Shown here piece after piece: positions 18,734 through 29,133 of a stretch of DNA of 64,000 nucleotides. The translations under genes were made by a program, and so were the position numbers. The notes below the pieces were generated by a model that saw nothing but the letters and a program-made list of their open reading frames with translations, was not told the origin of the DNA and ran no database searches. The stretch is from Pelagibacteraceae bacterium AG-422-B15 (lineage in GTDB: Bacteria > Pseudomonadota > Alphaproteobacteria > Pelagibacterales > AG-422-B15), in contig CAJJBG010000004.1 in NCBI GenBank assembly GCA_905182345.1, forward strand, positions 1,476-65,475, in the 5' to 3' direction. Every line of letters begins with the position of its first letter. Positions within the stretch are counted from its first letter, which is position 1.

Positions 18734-19180
18734 ATGGCAACTAAAGATACTAATATAATAGATAAAAAGGCTATTAAAGAGTTAGTAGATATTCTAGATG
18801 AAATGAAACTTACAGAAGTTTCTTATCAAAAAGGTGATATGGCAATATCTGTTTCAAAGGGAGCAATTGCAACCAAAATTCAGCAGGAAATTTCTCAGTC
18901 AAATGAACCTGATTCTAATAATTCAGATACTGATTATAAGAATGATCCAAGAGTAATAACTTCACCAATGGTGGGTACTGTTTACCTTCAAGCTGAACCT
19001 GGGGCCAATAAGTTTGTTAATGAAGGTGATCAAGTTAGAAAAAAACAAACTGTGGTTATTATAGAAGCAATGAAAACAATGAATCCAATTGAATCGACTC
19101 TTCAAGGTAAGGTTTTAAAGATTTTTGTTGAAAATGAAGAAGCTGTTGAGTTCGGCCAACCAATTATGCTTGTTGAATAG
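18734..19180 (+). CDS. accB: Acetyl-CoA carboxylase biotin carboxyl carrier protein
   Basis: 148 aa. Biotinyl-lysine motif EAMKTMN in a C-terminal lipoyl-like domain. Confidence 0.95.
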   Translation: MATKDTNIIDKKAIKELVDILDEMKLTEVSYQKGDMAISVSKGAIATKIQQEISQSNEPDSNNSDTDYKNDPRVITSPMVGTVYLQAEPGANKFVNEGDQVRKKQTVVIIEAMKTMNPIESTLQGKVLKIFVENEEAVEFGQPIMLVE

Positions 19181-19192
19181 TCATTAAGATAA

Positions 19193-20536
19193 ATGTTTAA
19201 AAAAATCTTAATTGCCAATAGAGGTGAGATTGCCGTTAGGATTAATCGTGCATGTCAAGAGCTTGGAGTTGCAACTGTTGCAGTTTATTCGCAGGCTGAC
19301 AGTGAATCAATGCATGTAAGAATTGCAGATGAAAGTGTTTGCATAGGCCCAAATCAAGTTAATAAAAGTTATCTTAATACTCATGCATTGATAGCCGCCT
19401 GTGAAATTACCGGAGCCGAAGCTATCCATCCAGGGTATGGATTTCTATCTGAGAATGCAAGTTTTGCAAAAATGGTATCTGATCATGGATTGACATTTAT
19501 AGGCCCTAAGTACGAACATATAGAGAAAATGGGTGATAAAATTCAAGCCAAAAAAATTATGCAGAAACTCGGGGTCCCTACTATTCCTGGTTCGGAAGGC
19601 AAGATTGAGAACTTGTCTGATGCATTAAAAATTGGAAATGAGATAGGTTTCCCTATCCTATTAAAAGCTGCTGCGGGTGGTGGTGGTCGTGGCATGAAAG
19701 TTATTAATAGTGAAAAAGAAATGAATGAAAATTTTTCTATAGTAAGACAAGAGGCCTTATCTTTCTTTGGAAATGATGATGTCTACATAGAAAAATTTAT
19801 CGACGCTCCTAGACATATTGAAGTTCAGGTTATTGGAGATGCTTTTGGGAACTTTGTTCATCTCCATGAAAGAGATTGTTCAGTTCAAAGGCGTAATCAA
19901 AAAGTTATTGAAGAAGCAACTGCTCCAGGAATTAGTCCTGAGGACAAAGCTCAATTATTTGAAACTGTAATAAGTGCTATAAAAGAAATGGGCTATTTAG
20001 GACTTGGTACATTGGAATTTCTTTACCATAAAGGTAAGTTTTATTTTATGGAAATGAATACTAGATTACAAGTTGAACATCCAATCACTGAAATGATAAC
20101 TAGAATTGACCTAGTAAGAGAACAAATATCTGTTGCTGCTGGTGAGCCGTTGAGTTTTGATCAATCTAAAATTAATCCTTTAGGTCATTCTATTGAATGT
20201 AGAATTAATGCAGAGGACCCACAAACATTCAAGCCAAGTGCTGGTACAATTAATTTATTCCATCCACCAGCAGGTAATGGAGTTAGGTTTGATACCTTTA
20301 TATACTCTGGCTATAAAGTTCCTCACTATTATGATAATCTGCTTGCTAAATTAATTGTTACTGGCAGAGATAGAGAGCATGCCATAAGACGTGCTTTGAG
20401 ATCTTTAGATGAAATTATTATTGAAGGTACTGTAACTAATATTGAGTTACACAAAAAAATACTGTCTTCTGAGGAATTTAAAAAAGGATCCGTATCAATT
20501 AAATGGCTTGAAGAAAATATCTCATCTCTTACTTAG
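19193..20536 (+). CDS. accC: Acetyl-CoA carboxylase biotin carboxylase subunit
   Basis: 447 aa. ATP-grasp glycine loop AAAGGGGRGM, EMNTRLQVEHPITE. Confidence 0.97.
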   Translation: MFKKILIANRGEIAVRINRACQELGVATVAVYSQADSESMHVRIADESVCIGPNQVNKSYLNTHALIAACEITGAEAIHPGYGFLSENASFAKMVSDHGLTFIGPKYEHIEKMGDKIQAKKIMQKLGVPTIPGSEGKIENLSDALKIGNEIGFPILLKAAAGGGGRGMKVINSEKEMNENFSIVRQEALSFFGNDDVYIEKFIDAPRHIEVQVIGDAFGNFVHLHERDCSVQRRNQKVIEEATAPGISPEDKAQLFETVISAIKEMGYLGLGTLEFLYHKGKFYFMEMNTRLQVEHPITEMITRIDLVREQISVAAGEPLSFDQSKINPLGHSIECRINAEDPQTFKPSAGTINLFHPPAGNGVRFDTFIYSGYKVPHYYDNLLAKLIVTGRDREHAIRRALRSLDEIIIEGTVTNIELHKKILSSEEFKKGSVSIKWLEENISSLT

Positions 20537-21030
20537 TAACAGTCATTAAGCCATACATCGTATAGTGAATGCTCCATTGATGAAACGGAAGGTAATGATT
20601 TTATCATCCATCCAGAAAAATCATTTTCACTATTTAGGTCATCTATTACTAAATACGCTGCTGTCATTCGCTTTTCTTCTGGTAATGAAACATAGCAGGC
20701 TTTTGCAAAAATTTTTAAATCATATGAAAGAGCATAACTTCCAACTGAAACATCAACTAACGAAACTTGCGCCGTAACCTTATTAAGAACTCCTATTGAA
20801 ACAAACTCCATATCACCATCGGAAATTTCTTCAGCAATTATTTCAGGGATAATATCTGGAACATTAATTTCATCTTCCTCTTCCGATTCATCGTAGCTTG
20901 GAGCAATATCATCTAGATTTAATAAAGGTGCAATATCAATTTCAATCTCATTTGCATAAGCAAAATTATTTATTGATAAGGCTACAAATAACAAGATTAG
21001 CTTATTAATTTTTTGGCGTCCATTTTCCAT
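20533..21030 (-). CDS. Small exported protein, DUF2155-like (assignment by size, signal peptide and neighbourhood only)
   Basis: 165 aa. Signal peptide (LILLFVALSINNFAYA). Lies directly downstream of the NDUFA12-like gene, as in other alphaproteobacteria (from memory). Confidence 0.45.
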   Translation of the reverse strand: MENGRQKINKLILLFVALSINNFAYANEIEIDIAPLLNLDDIAPSYDESEEEDEINVPDIIPEIIAEEISDGDMEFVSIGVLNKVTAQVSLVDVSVGSYALSYDLKIFAKACYVSLPEEKRMTAAYLVIDDLNSENDFSGWMIKSLPSVSSMEHSLYDVWLNDCY

Positions 21031-21382
21031 ACTCAGATTTTTTTTTATTCTCTGGATTTCTAACTATTGACAGATTTGGATAGTAAGCATTGGCAGTTCC
21101 TGTCTGATTTTGAAGATGTTCTTTTTCCCAGTCATATTTTTTTTTCAATGAAGGTACTTCATTTGAAGTATACCTGAGCCAACCATTCCATTCAGGGGGG
21201 ACTTTTGTTGAATCTATCTCACCTTTATAGATAACCCATCTATGCGAATCAGATTTATTTTGCATATATACATTACCAAATTTGTCATCTCCGATTCTAT
21301 GGCCGTTAAAAAAAGTCCATACTCTGGTACCTATGGTTTGATTATACCACCATGTAAAAATTTCTTTAAATATCATATCCAC
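21005..21382 (-). CDS. NDUFA12-family protein (complex I 17.2-kDa subunit homolog)
   Basis: 125 aa. WWYNQTIGTRVWTFFNGHRIGDDKFGNVY...RWVIY...PPEWNGWL pattern characteristic of NDUFA12 homologs. Confidence 0.8.
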   Translation of the reverse strand: MDMIFKEIFTWWYNQTIGTRVWTFFNGHRIGDDKFGNVYMQNKSDSHRWVIYKGEIDSTKVPPEWNGWLRYTSNEVPSLKKKYDWEKEHLQNQTGTANAYYPNLSIVRNPENKKKSEYGKWTPKN

Positions 21383-21475
21383 CTAATTACACACTTTTTC
21401 AACAAATTACAAATTATCAAATTTGTATAAATCGTTGATATTGTTAATTTTTTTAAAGTTAGTCACATAACCACA

Positions 21476-21523
21476 ACACATCATCTAGTATATGTTAAAT
21501 ATATTCAATACTAGATATTGACT
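21476..21523 (+). promoter_or_regulatory. Candidate tandem NrdR boxes upstream of nrdJ
   Basis: ACACATCATCTAGTAT (21476-21491) and ATACTAGATATTGACT (21508-21523) each match 12/16 positions of the NrdR-box consensus acaCwAtATaTwGtgt. Start-to-start spacing is 32 bp. Box 2 overlaps a TTGACT -35-like hexamer. Confidence 0.4.
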
Positions 21524-21581
21524 TAGGATTTCAAATCATGAAATATGACTATTCCAACTTACAGATTTATTTGTTTTTGGA

Positions 21582-21593
21582 TCGACCGGTCGA
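21582..21593. repeat. GC-rich perfect 12-bp palindrome TCGACCGGTCGA in the nrdJ leader
   Basis: Read directly. 8 of 12 bases are G/C in a ~30% GC genome. Two more TCGA tetramers lie at 21621 and 21635. Confidence 0.9.
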
Positions 21594-21674
21594 GTTATTT
21601 AAAATTAAGTTATTTAATTCTCGAATGTCTATTATCGAAGTTAAATATTAAATTTTAAAAGGGAAAATATATAA

Positions 21675-24600
21675 ATGAAAATAACACGTCAATTCACTAG
21701 TCCAGAAAAAACTCCATACGATGAAATTGAATTCAAAGAAGTAAAAAGTGAGATACTCAATCCAGATGGGTCTGTTGTTTTTAAGCTTGAAAACCTACAA
21801 GTGCCGTCTAAATGGAGTCAGGTTGCAAGTGATATATTGGCACAGAAATATTTTAGAAAAGCTGGTGTTCCCAATAAAACAATAAATAGATCAGAAAAAA
21901 ATATCCCTACATGGCTTCTAGCTCAAAATGCAGACACTGAAGCAGAAGATTTATCTTTTGGCTCTGAAACCAGCTCTAAACAGGTTTTCGATCGCCTTGC
22001 TGGAACATGGACATATTGGGGCTGGAAAGGCGATTATTTTACTACTGAAGAAGATGCTAAGTCTTTTTTTGACGAAGTGAGATTTATGCTTGCAAATCAA
22101 ATGATTGCCCCAAATAGTCCTCAGTGGTTTAACACTGGTTTAAACTGGGCATATGGAATAGATGGTCCGTCACAGGGACATCATTACGTCGACCACACAA
22201 CTGGTAAACTAACTAAATCAGCTAGTTCATATGAACGACCTCAACCACACGCATGCTTTATTCAAGGAATCAATGATGATTTAGTTAATGAAGGTGGAAT
22301 AATGGATTTATGGGTTAGGGAAGCTCGTTTATTTAAATATGGTTCTGGTACTGGAACAAATTTTTCAAACCTTCGGGGTGGCTCTGAGGGCTTGTCCGGT
22401 GGAGGTAAATCTTCGGGGTTAATGAGTTTTCTAAAAATTGGTGATAGAGCTGCGGGTGCTATTAAATCTGGAGGAACGACAAGAAGAGCTGCAAAAATGG
22501 TAGTTGTTGATATAGATCATCCGGATGTAGAAGAATTTATTAAATGGAAAGTAACTGAAGAGCAAAAAGTTGCTGCACTAGTTACCGGATCTAAAGTTTG
22601 CTCTAAGCATTTAAAACAAGTTATGAATGCCTGTCACAACTGCGAGGGAGATGGTGAGAGCTGTTTTGATCCAAATCAAAACCCAGCTCTTAGAAGGGAA
22701 ATTGTAGCTGCAAGAAAATCAGATGTATCAGAAAATTATATACAAAGAGTTATACATTTTGCCAAACAGGGCTATAAATCAATTGAATTTCAAACCTATG
22801 ATACTGATTGGGATTCTGAAGCATATCTAACTGTATCAGGGCAAAATTCTAATAACTCTATAAGAGTAACAGATGATTTTATTAATGCTGTTGTTAATGA
22901 TGAAGATTGGAACTTAATTAATAGAACTGATGGGGCTATAAATAAAACTATTAGAGCAAAAGAGCTGTGGGATGAAGTTGGCTATGCTGCTTGGGCCTGT
23001 GCGGATCCGGGTATTCAGTTTCACACAACAGTTAATGACTGGCATACGTGCCCAGCAAGCGGCGAGATTAAAGCTTCAAATCCTTGCTCAGAGTATATGT
23101 TTCTGGACAACACTGCCTGTAATCTTGCCTCTTTAAATTTAATGACATTTATGGATGATAATAAATCTCTTGAAATAGGATTATTTAAGCATGCGGTAAG
23201 GATATGGACATTAATTTTAGAAATATCAGTAATGATGGCTCAGTTTCCTTCAAAAGAGATTGCTAAACTTTCTTATGAATATAGAACACTTGGCCTTGGT
23301 TATGCTAACTTAGGTGGATTCTTAATGTCTAAAGGTATTTCCTATGACTCTGATGAAGGTAGATCTATATGTGCAGCGATAACTTCTCTAATGACAGGTA
23401 CTTCATACGCAACTTCGGCTGAGATTGCTGGTGAGCTTGGCCCCTTCCCTGGTTATGCTCAAAACTCAAAACACATGCTAAGAGTAATTAGAAATCATAG
23501 AAGAGCTGCTTATGGTCATGCGGATGGTTATGAGGATTTACACACAAACCCTGTTCCTCTTGTAATTGAAAACGTACGAGATACAACCCTTGGGATTGAA
23601 GCTCAAAAATGCTGGGATCTTGCTTATGAACTAGGTCAAAAATATGGTTACAGAAATGCTCAGACATCAGTGATTGCGCCAACTGGTACCATAGGTCTTG
23701 TTATGGACTGTGACACAACTGGTATTGAACCTGATTTTGCTATGGTTAAGTTTAAAAAACTTGCTGGTGGCGGATACTTTAAAATTATTAATAGAACAGT
23801 TCCAGATGCCTTGAATCAGCTTCAATATACTGAAAATGAAATCACAGAAATTATTGATTATGCAGTAGGTCACGGCACACTTAAAACGGCACCATTTATT
23901 AATCATGAGTCATTAGCTGCAAAAGGATTTACTAATAAAGAGTTTGATATTCTTGAAGATAACTTAAGAAATGTTTTTGATATCCGATTTTCTTTTAATA
24001 TTTTTAATCTTGGTAAAGAGTTTTGTACTGAAATTTTAAATTTTACAGAAGAACAATTGAACGATTTCAATTTCAATATGCTTTCTGAGTTAGGCTTTTC
24101 AAGTCAAGAAATTGATGAGGCAAATACTTATTGTTGTGGAACTATGACACTTGAAGAAGCTCCACACATAAAGGAAGAGCATCTTAGTGTTTTTGATTGT
24201 GCTAACCCCTGTGGTAAAATTGGTAAAAGATTTTTATCAACTGAAAGTCATATTAAAATGATGGCTGCAGCTCAACCTTTTATTTCAGGTGCAATATCTA
24301 AAACCATTAATATGCCAAACGATTCGAGTGTAGAAGACTGCATGGAAGCTTACTTGATGTCATGGAAACTTGGTACTAAAGCTAATGCTCTATATAGAGA
24401 TGGCTCTAAGTTAAGTCAGCCGTTAGCTTCGAAACTAGTTGAAGATATTGATGAAGACGAAGATGAAGTTATGTCCAAACCAACACCAATCGAAAGAACT
24501 ATGGCTGTAGCTCAAGAAGCTGCTGAAAGAGCTGTTTACGGAGCAAGAAACAGGGTTCCCGATAGAAGAAGAGGCTATATTCAAAAAGCTATTGTTGGTG

Positions 24601-25286
24601 GTCACAAGGTGTACTTGCATACTGGCGAATATGAAGATGGCACTTTAGGCGAAATATTTATTGATATGCATAAAGAAGGTGCCTTCCTTAGAAGTCTTAT
24701 GAATAATTTTGCAATTGCAATATCAATTGGACTTCAATATGGAGTTCCTTTAGAGGAATATGTAGAAGCATTCACATTTACTAGATTTGATCCTTCGGGC
24801 GTAGTTCAGGGCAATGATAGAATTAAAAATGCTACCTCAATTCTAGATTATGTATTCAGAGAGCTTGCTGTTTCTTATCTTTCTAGAAATGACTTGGCTC
24901 ATACTGATAATTCAGATGTTGATTTCTCTCTTGGTTCAGGCGCTGAAGAAGGGACTTTAAAGAAAAACCAAATTCCATGGAAAATTGTAAAAAAAATGAG
25001 TAGCCAAGGTTTTTTAAGGAGTCAGCAATCGGATAATCTTATGGTTGTCAATTCTTCCAGCGAAGTCAGCTCATATAACAAACCATCTGATGTTGGAGAA
25101 AGTAAAGTTCCAGACGCTGTTAAATCCACTAGTTCTTCTGGGGATGCTATGGCTAGCAAGGTTCAAGTGGCAAGAATGATGGGTTATGAAGGAGACTCTT
25201 GTCCTGAATGTAGTGCATTTACTCTTGTTAGAAATGGTACTTGCTTAAAATGTGATAGCTGTGGTGCAACAACTGGTTGTTCTTAA
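21675..25286 (+). CDS. nrdJ: Class II (adenosylcobalamin-dependent) ribonucleotide reductase, long alphaproteobacterial form
   Basis: 1203 aa. Active-site region [22 protein letters not shown]-terminal Zn-ribbon-like tail [22 protein letters not shown]. Good SD (AAGGGA) upstream of the ATG. Confidence 0.9.
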   Translation: MKITRQFTSPEKTPYDEIEFKEVKSEILNPDGSVVFKLENLQVPSKWSQVASDILAQKYFRKAGVPNKTINRSEKNIPTWLLAQNADTEAEDLSFGSETSSKQVFDRLAGTWTYWGWKGDYFTTEEDAKSFFDEVRFMLANQMIAPNSPQWFNTGLNWAYGIDGPSQGHHYVDHTTGKLTKSASSYERPQPHACFIQGINDDLVNEGGIMDLWVREARLFKYGSGTGTNFSNLRGGSEGLSGGGKSSGLMSFLKIGDRAAGAIKSGGTTRRAAKMVVVDIDHPDVEEFIKWKVTEEQKVAALVTGSKVCSKHLKQVMNACHNCEGDGESCFDPNQNPALRREIVAARKSDVSENYIQRVIHFAKQGYKSIEFQTYDTDWDSEAYLTVSGQNSNNSIRVTDDFINAVVNDEDWNLINRTDGAINKTIRAKELWDEVGYAAWACADPGIQFHTTVNDWHTCPASGEIKASNPCSEYMFLDNTACNLASLNLMTFMDDNKSLEIGLFKHAVRIWTLILEISVMMAQFPSKEIAKLSYEYRTLGLGYANLGGFLMSKGISYDSDEGRSICAAITSLMTGTSYATSAEIAGELGPFPGYAQNSKHMLRVIRNHRRAAYGHADGYEDLHTNPVPLVIENVRDTTLGIEAQKCWDLAYELGQKYGYRNAQTSVIAPTGTIGLVMDCDTTGIEPDFAMVKFKKLAGGGYFKIINRTVPDALNQLQYTENEITEIIDYAVGHGTLKTAPFINHESLAAKGFTNKEFDILEDNLRNVFDIRFSFNIFNLGKEFCTEILNFTEEQLNDFNFNMLSELGFSSQEIDEANTYCCGTMTLEEAPHIKEEHLSVFDCANPCGKIGKRFLSTESHIKMMAAAQPFISGAISKTINMPNDSSVEDCMEAYLMSWKLGTKANALYRDGSKLSQPLASKLVEDIDEDEDEVMSKPTPIERTMAVAQEAAERAVYGARNRVPDRRRGYIQKAIVGGHKVYLHTGEYEDGTLGEIFIDMHKEGAFLRSLMNNFAIAISIGLQYGVPLEEYVEAFTFTRFDPSGVVQGNDRIKNATSILDYVFRELAVSYLSRNDLAHTDNSDVDFSLGSGAEEGTLKKNQIPWKIVKKMSSQGFLRSQQSDNLMVVNSSSEVSSYNKPSDVGESKVPDAVKSTSSSGDAMASKVQVARMMGYEGDSCPECSAFTLVRNGTCLKCDSCGATTGCS

Positions 25287-27082
25287 TCAAGAGAAGGTTC
25301 AATCTTAGATAAGGATAATTCAGAGAGAACCTCTTCTGATACTTCAGCTGGCGCATTCATCATAAGATCTTGTGCCTGCTGATTCATGGGAAATAAAATC
25401 ACCTCTCTTATATTCTTAACATCAGCTAAAAGCATAATAATTCTATCTATTCCAGGAGCTATTCCACCATGCGGTGGAACACCATAACTAAAAGCATTTA
25501 TCATGCCTCCAAACTTATCTGTAACTTGTTCTTTTTTATAGCCAGCAATTTCAAATGCTTTAAACATAATTTCTGGTATGTGATTTCTTATTGCGCCAGA
25601 TGACAACTCAATTCCGTTGCAAACAATGTCATACTGATAGCCCAAGATATCTAGTGGCTCCATGTTATTAAGGGCTTCAAGCCCACCTTGTGGCATAGAG
25701 AATGGATTATGACTAAAATCAATCTTCTGAGTTTGCTCGTCAAGCTCATACATTGGAAAGTCGATGATCCAACAAAATCTAAATACATCTTTTTCAATTA
25801 GATCTAATTCTATTCCTAATCTATCACGAGTTGCTGAAGCAAGTTCATAGGCAGTTTTAGGTGCTGAGCATGAAAAAAATATTGCATCACCTGATGCAAG
25901 TTTGGCATTTTTATACATTTCCTGAAGAGATTCTTCGGGCATAAATTTAGCTATAGGACCCTTAGCATTCAATTTACCATCGAGCTCTTCAAAAATTATA
26001 TAGCCTAAGCCAGGCGCATTCATTTCTTTAATTGCCCACTTATTCATAGAATCAAAAAAACTTCTTGCTTGTCTAGCTCCGCCTGGACAAGGAATACCAA
26101 TGACTTCGGCACCATTAGTAATTAATTTTTTAAAGGCCTCAAAAGACACTCCTGAAGCATTAAAGATGCTAGTTAGATTTGATAATATTATAGGATTTCT
26201 TAAGTCTGGTTTGTCTGTTCCATATTTTTTTATAGCTTCAGCATAGGTAATTTTAGGAAAAGGGCTCTCACCTACTTTTTTATCAGAAAATTTTTCAAAA
26301 ACCTTATATAAAACAGGCTCTATAGCATTAAAAATATCTTCCTGATCAACAAATGACATTTCCATATCAAGTTGATAAAACTCACCTGGACTTCTATCTG
26401 CTCTTGCATCCTCATCTCTGAAGCACGGAGCTATTTGAAAATACTTATCAAATCCAGCTGCCATAATTAATTGTTTAAATTGTTGTGGCGCCTGAGGTAG
26501 CGCATAAAACTTGCCTGGGTGTACTCTGCTTGGAACGAGATAATCTCTTGCTCCTTCTGGACTTGAGGCCGTTAATATTGGAGTTTGCATTTCAAGAAAG
26601 CCGTCTGCAGTCATTAATTCTCTAATATAGGCTATGACATTTGACCTTAATTGAATATTTTTATGCAAGCCTTCTCTTCTGGCATCTAAGAATCTATATT
26701 TTAATCTAATATCTTCAGGATAATTAGAATCTCCAAAAACAGGCATTGGTAATTCATCGGCACTAGATAAAACTTCTACTGAAATAATTGCTATTTCTAT
26801 CTCACCAGTTGATAATTCTTTATTTACTGTTTCAGGAAGTCGTTTAATTACTTTTCCAACAATTTTAATTACAGATTCAACTCTTAAACTCTCTATTAAC
26901 TCAAGGGTTGTCGTATTGCTATTATCAATTACACATTGTGTAACCCCATAATGATCTCTTAAATCTAGAAATAATAAATTGCCATGATCTCTTTTTCTAT
27001 TTATCCATCCTGATATAGATACTGTTTCATCAATATTATTGACAGAAATCTCATTGCAATGATGTGATCGATATTTATTCAT
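25283..27082 (-). CDS. aspS: Aspartate--tRNA ligase
   Basis: 599 aa. Class IIb motifs ([38 protein letters not shown]) and an N-terminal OB anticodon-binding domain. Confidence 0.97.
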   Translation of the reverse strand: MNKYRSHHCNEISVNNIDETVSISGWINRKRDHGNLLFLDLRDHYGVTQCVIDNSNTTTLELIESLRVESVIKIVGKVIKRLPETVNKELSTGEIEIAIISVEVLSSADELPMPVFGDSNYPEDIRLKYRFLDARREGLHKNIQLRSNVIAYIRELMTADGFLEMQTPILTASSPEGARDYLVPSRVHPGKFYALPQAPQQFKQLIMAAGFDKYFQIAPCFRDEDARADRSPGEFYQLDMEMSFVDQEDIFNAIEPVLYKVFEKFSDKKVGESPFPKITYAEAIKKYGTDKPDLRNPIILSNLTSIFNASGVSFEAFKKLITNGAEVIGIPCPGGARQARSFFDSMNKWAIKEMNAPGLGYIIFEELDGKLNAKGPIAKFMPEESLQEMYKNAKLASGDAIFFSCSAPKTAYELASATRDRLGIELDLIEKDVFRFCWIIDFPMYELDEQTQKIDFSHNPFSMPQGGLEALNNMEPLDILGYQYDIVCNGIELSSGAIRNHIPEIMFKAFEIAGYKKEQVTDKFGGMINAFSYGVPPHGGIAPGIDRIIMLLADVKNIREVILFPMNQQAQDLMMNAPAEVSEEVLSELSLSKIEPSLD

Positions 27083-27116
27083 ACTAATAATTTTAAGGTA
27101 CTATATAGTTAATTAT

Positions 27117-27956
27117 ATGGAATTAGTCCAAGATAATAAATCATTATTAAAAATAGCCAAAGTTCTAAAAAAAAATGAAGTATTATTTGTTGATACTGAA
27201 TTCTTAAGAAACAACACATATTGGCCCAAGCTTTGTCTTGTACAAATAAAAGCTAAGAAAAATGTGTATCTAATAGATACCTTGGCAATAGGTATGGACT
27301 TAAGTGTTCTTACTGCAATTTTTATAAATCCTAAAATATTAAAAGTATTTCACTCAGCAAGACAAGATATGGAGGTTCTAATGAATATATTTAATGAGAT
27401 ACCTTGGCCTATATTCGATACACAATTAGCTGCAAATTTAACAATCAAAGAAAATGATGTTGGTTATGGTAATTTAGTAGAAATAATATGTAAAAAAAAA
27501 CTTAGTAAAAAATATCAAGTCTCAGATTGGAGCAAAAGACCATTAAAAGATAAACAGATTGAATATGCTGCTCTAGATGTTGAGTACTTACCTGCCTTAT
27601 ATAAAGAGCTATATAGAAAAATTAGATCTAAGAGAAAGGTCAGATTACTAAAGGTTGAAACTGAAAAATTAAAAGCTGTATCAGAAATCTATGATATTAA
27701 ATTAGCCTATAAAAAAATAAACTTAAGAAAAAAAAATGTTATTAAGTCTAAAGTAAAATTATTCACTGAATGGAGAGAAGCCTCAGCACAGGAATTGAAT
27801 CTTCCAAGAAATTGGGTCATATCAGATAAAACTATAATATCAGCATCAAAAAAATATTTTGAAATAAATAATTTAAAAGCAAGTAATAAAAATAAAAGAT
27901 TTGATCAAAAAATAAATAGCTTTAAAGAATTCTTACTTAAAAAAATTATCTCTTAA
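27117..27956 (+). CDS. rnd: Ribonuclease D (DEDDy exonuclease + one HRDC-like domain; short form)
   Basis: 279 aa. Exo motifs (VDTEF, HSARQDMEVL, YAALDVEYL) and an HRDC-like segment (FTEWREASAQELNLPRNWVISDK). About 100 aa shorter than E. coli RNase D. Confidence 0.8.
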   Translation: MELVQDNKSLLKIAKVLKKNEVLFVDTEFLRNNTYWPKLCLVQIKAKKNVYLIDTLAIGMDLSVLTAIFINPKILKVFHSARQDMEVLMNIFNEIPWPIFDTQLAANLTIKENDVGYGNLVEIICKKKLSKKYQVSDWSKRPLKDKQIEYAALDVEYLPALYKELYRKIRSKRKVRLLKVETEKLKAVSEIYDIKLAYKKINLRKKNVIKSKVKLFTEWREASAQELNLPRNWVISDKTIISASKKYFEINNLKASNKNKRFDQKINSFKEFLLKKIIS

Positions 27957-28592
27957 GAAAGGGATTGTGATCTTTTGTTTATTTTTAAAAGATAAGTCAT
28001 TGATGTTGTTCAAAGTGATACTAATACCGCTATAGTTTCTAATAATTCTTCCAACCAAATATTTTATAACATCTCTTGCAATTGTGACTTGATTATCTGA
28101 AAAATATTTTACAACAATAACCTCTATAACCTGGTCATCAGGATCTCTAATAGATGTAGATAAAAATGAGTTAAAGCGCGATTCTAAATCTTTAAATTTA
28201 AATTTTATTCTATTTTCAATATTACACAAAAACAAAACGTAGTTATTATTAAACAGTGCATCGTTATACATATCTAAAATAATGTTCTCCTGCTCTGGTT
28301 TAATGTATGAAAAATTATCAATTAAATAACAATGGTTAGTAAAATTATCACGCGTGATATCCATTGTTTTTATGTCGATAAATTTAGCATTAGATTTTTG
28401 TAACCAAATATTTCCTAAATGAGATTTGCCAGATTTTCTATCGCCGTAAATAATTGCAGCTTTATTATGCCAATTAGGCCATAGTTCAACTAGGTTTACT
28501 GCTTGCTTATTTGTGCTATTAACAAAAAAATCACTTTTTTTAAAACTTTCTTGTAATTCAAGATTAAATACAAATTGGCTCATATTAGACAT
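27933..28592 (-). CDS. hda: DnaA-related regulatory protein Hda/HdaA-like
   Basis: The degenerate Walker A (GDRKSGKSHLGNIW), the size and the position next to purMN/pgsA fit Hda. I prefer start M23 (28592) or M26 (28583) over the track start (28658), which lies inside pgsA. Confidence 0.6.
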   Translation of the reverse strand: MSNMSQFVFNLELQESFKKSDFFVNSTNKQAVNLVELWPNWHNKAAIIYGDRKSGKSHLGNIWLQKSNAKFIDIKTMDITRDNFTNHCYLIDNFSYIKPEQENIILDMYNDALFNNNYVLFLCNIENRIKFKFKDLESRFNSFLSTSIRDPDDQVIEVIVVKYFSDNQVTIARDVIKYLVGRIIRNYSGISITLNNINDLSFKNKQKITIPFLRDNFFK

Positions 28593-29133
28593 TATCAATT
28601 TTTTTAAACCACATAACCATATAAAGAAAAGAAGAGGATATAGTAGTAATAGATACAAGGATAATCAGCGCTGGTTTAAACAGATTAACAAAACTTAATA
28701 TATTAAATTTATCAATTGCCAATAAACATACCGTAACTATTAATAATATTTGTAAAAATGTATTAATTTTACTAATAAATATTGGCTTTAAATCAATTTT
28801 TTTACCTAAAATCAGTCCGAATATGTAAGAACATGAAATAAGCACTTCTCTAAAAATTATTAATATTACTAAATATACTGGCAACATTAATTTAATTCCA
28901 ATGACAAAGTATATAGTTACTACTAAAGATTTATCAGCTATAGCATCTAAAAAGAAGCCTATTTTTGATACCGCATTATATTTCCTTGCTAAGTAACCGT
29001 CAAAAAAATCAGTTAACCCTACGATTGTTACAATTAAAGCACTTGCTAAATACCTGTCTAGTATTAGTAGCCAAAGGATAAATGGAACTGAGAGTATTCT
29101 AATTATAGATAGTATATTTGGAAATGATTTCAT
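28585..29133 (-). CDS. pgsA: CDP-alcohol phosphatidyltransferase (PgsA-like)
   Basis: 182 aa, polytopic. DFFDGYLARKYNAVSKIGFFLDAIADK matches D-x2-D-G-x2-A-R...G-x3-D-x3-D. Confidence 0.75.
   Translation of the reverse strand: MKSFPNILSIIRILSVPFILWLLILDRYLASALIVTIVGLTDFFDGYLARKYNAVSKIGFFLDAIADKSLVVTIYFVIGIKLMLPVYLVILIIFREVLISCSYIFGLILGKKIDLKPIFISKINTFLQILLIVTVCLLAIDKFNILSFVNLFKPALIILVSITTISSSFLYMVMWFKKIDNV

Noticed and set aside
21383-21674. Possible adenosylcobalamin riboswitch upstream of the B12-dependent nrdJ.
   Set aside because: I could not find the conserved B12-box core or the GC-rich helices typical of cobalamin riboswitches. Such riboswitches normally control B12-independent isozymes or transport genes, not nrdJ. 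A covariance-model search would be needed to exclude it formally.
21675-25286. Intein or other insertion in NrdJ (and in DnaB, 44569-46029), both classic intein hosts.
   Set aside because: The lengths (1203 aa and 486 aa) fit intein-free alphaproteobacterial homologs. The conserved blocks are contiguous, and no Cys/Ser...HN-Cys/Ser/Thr splice-junction module is visible.
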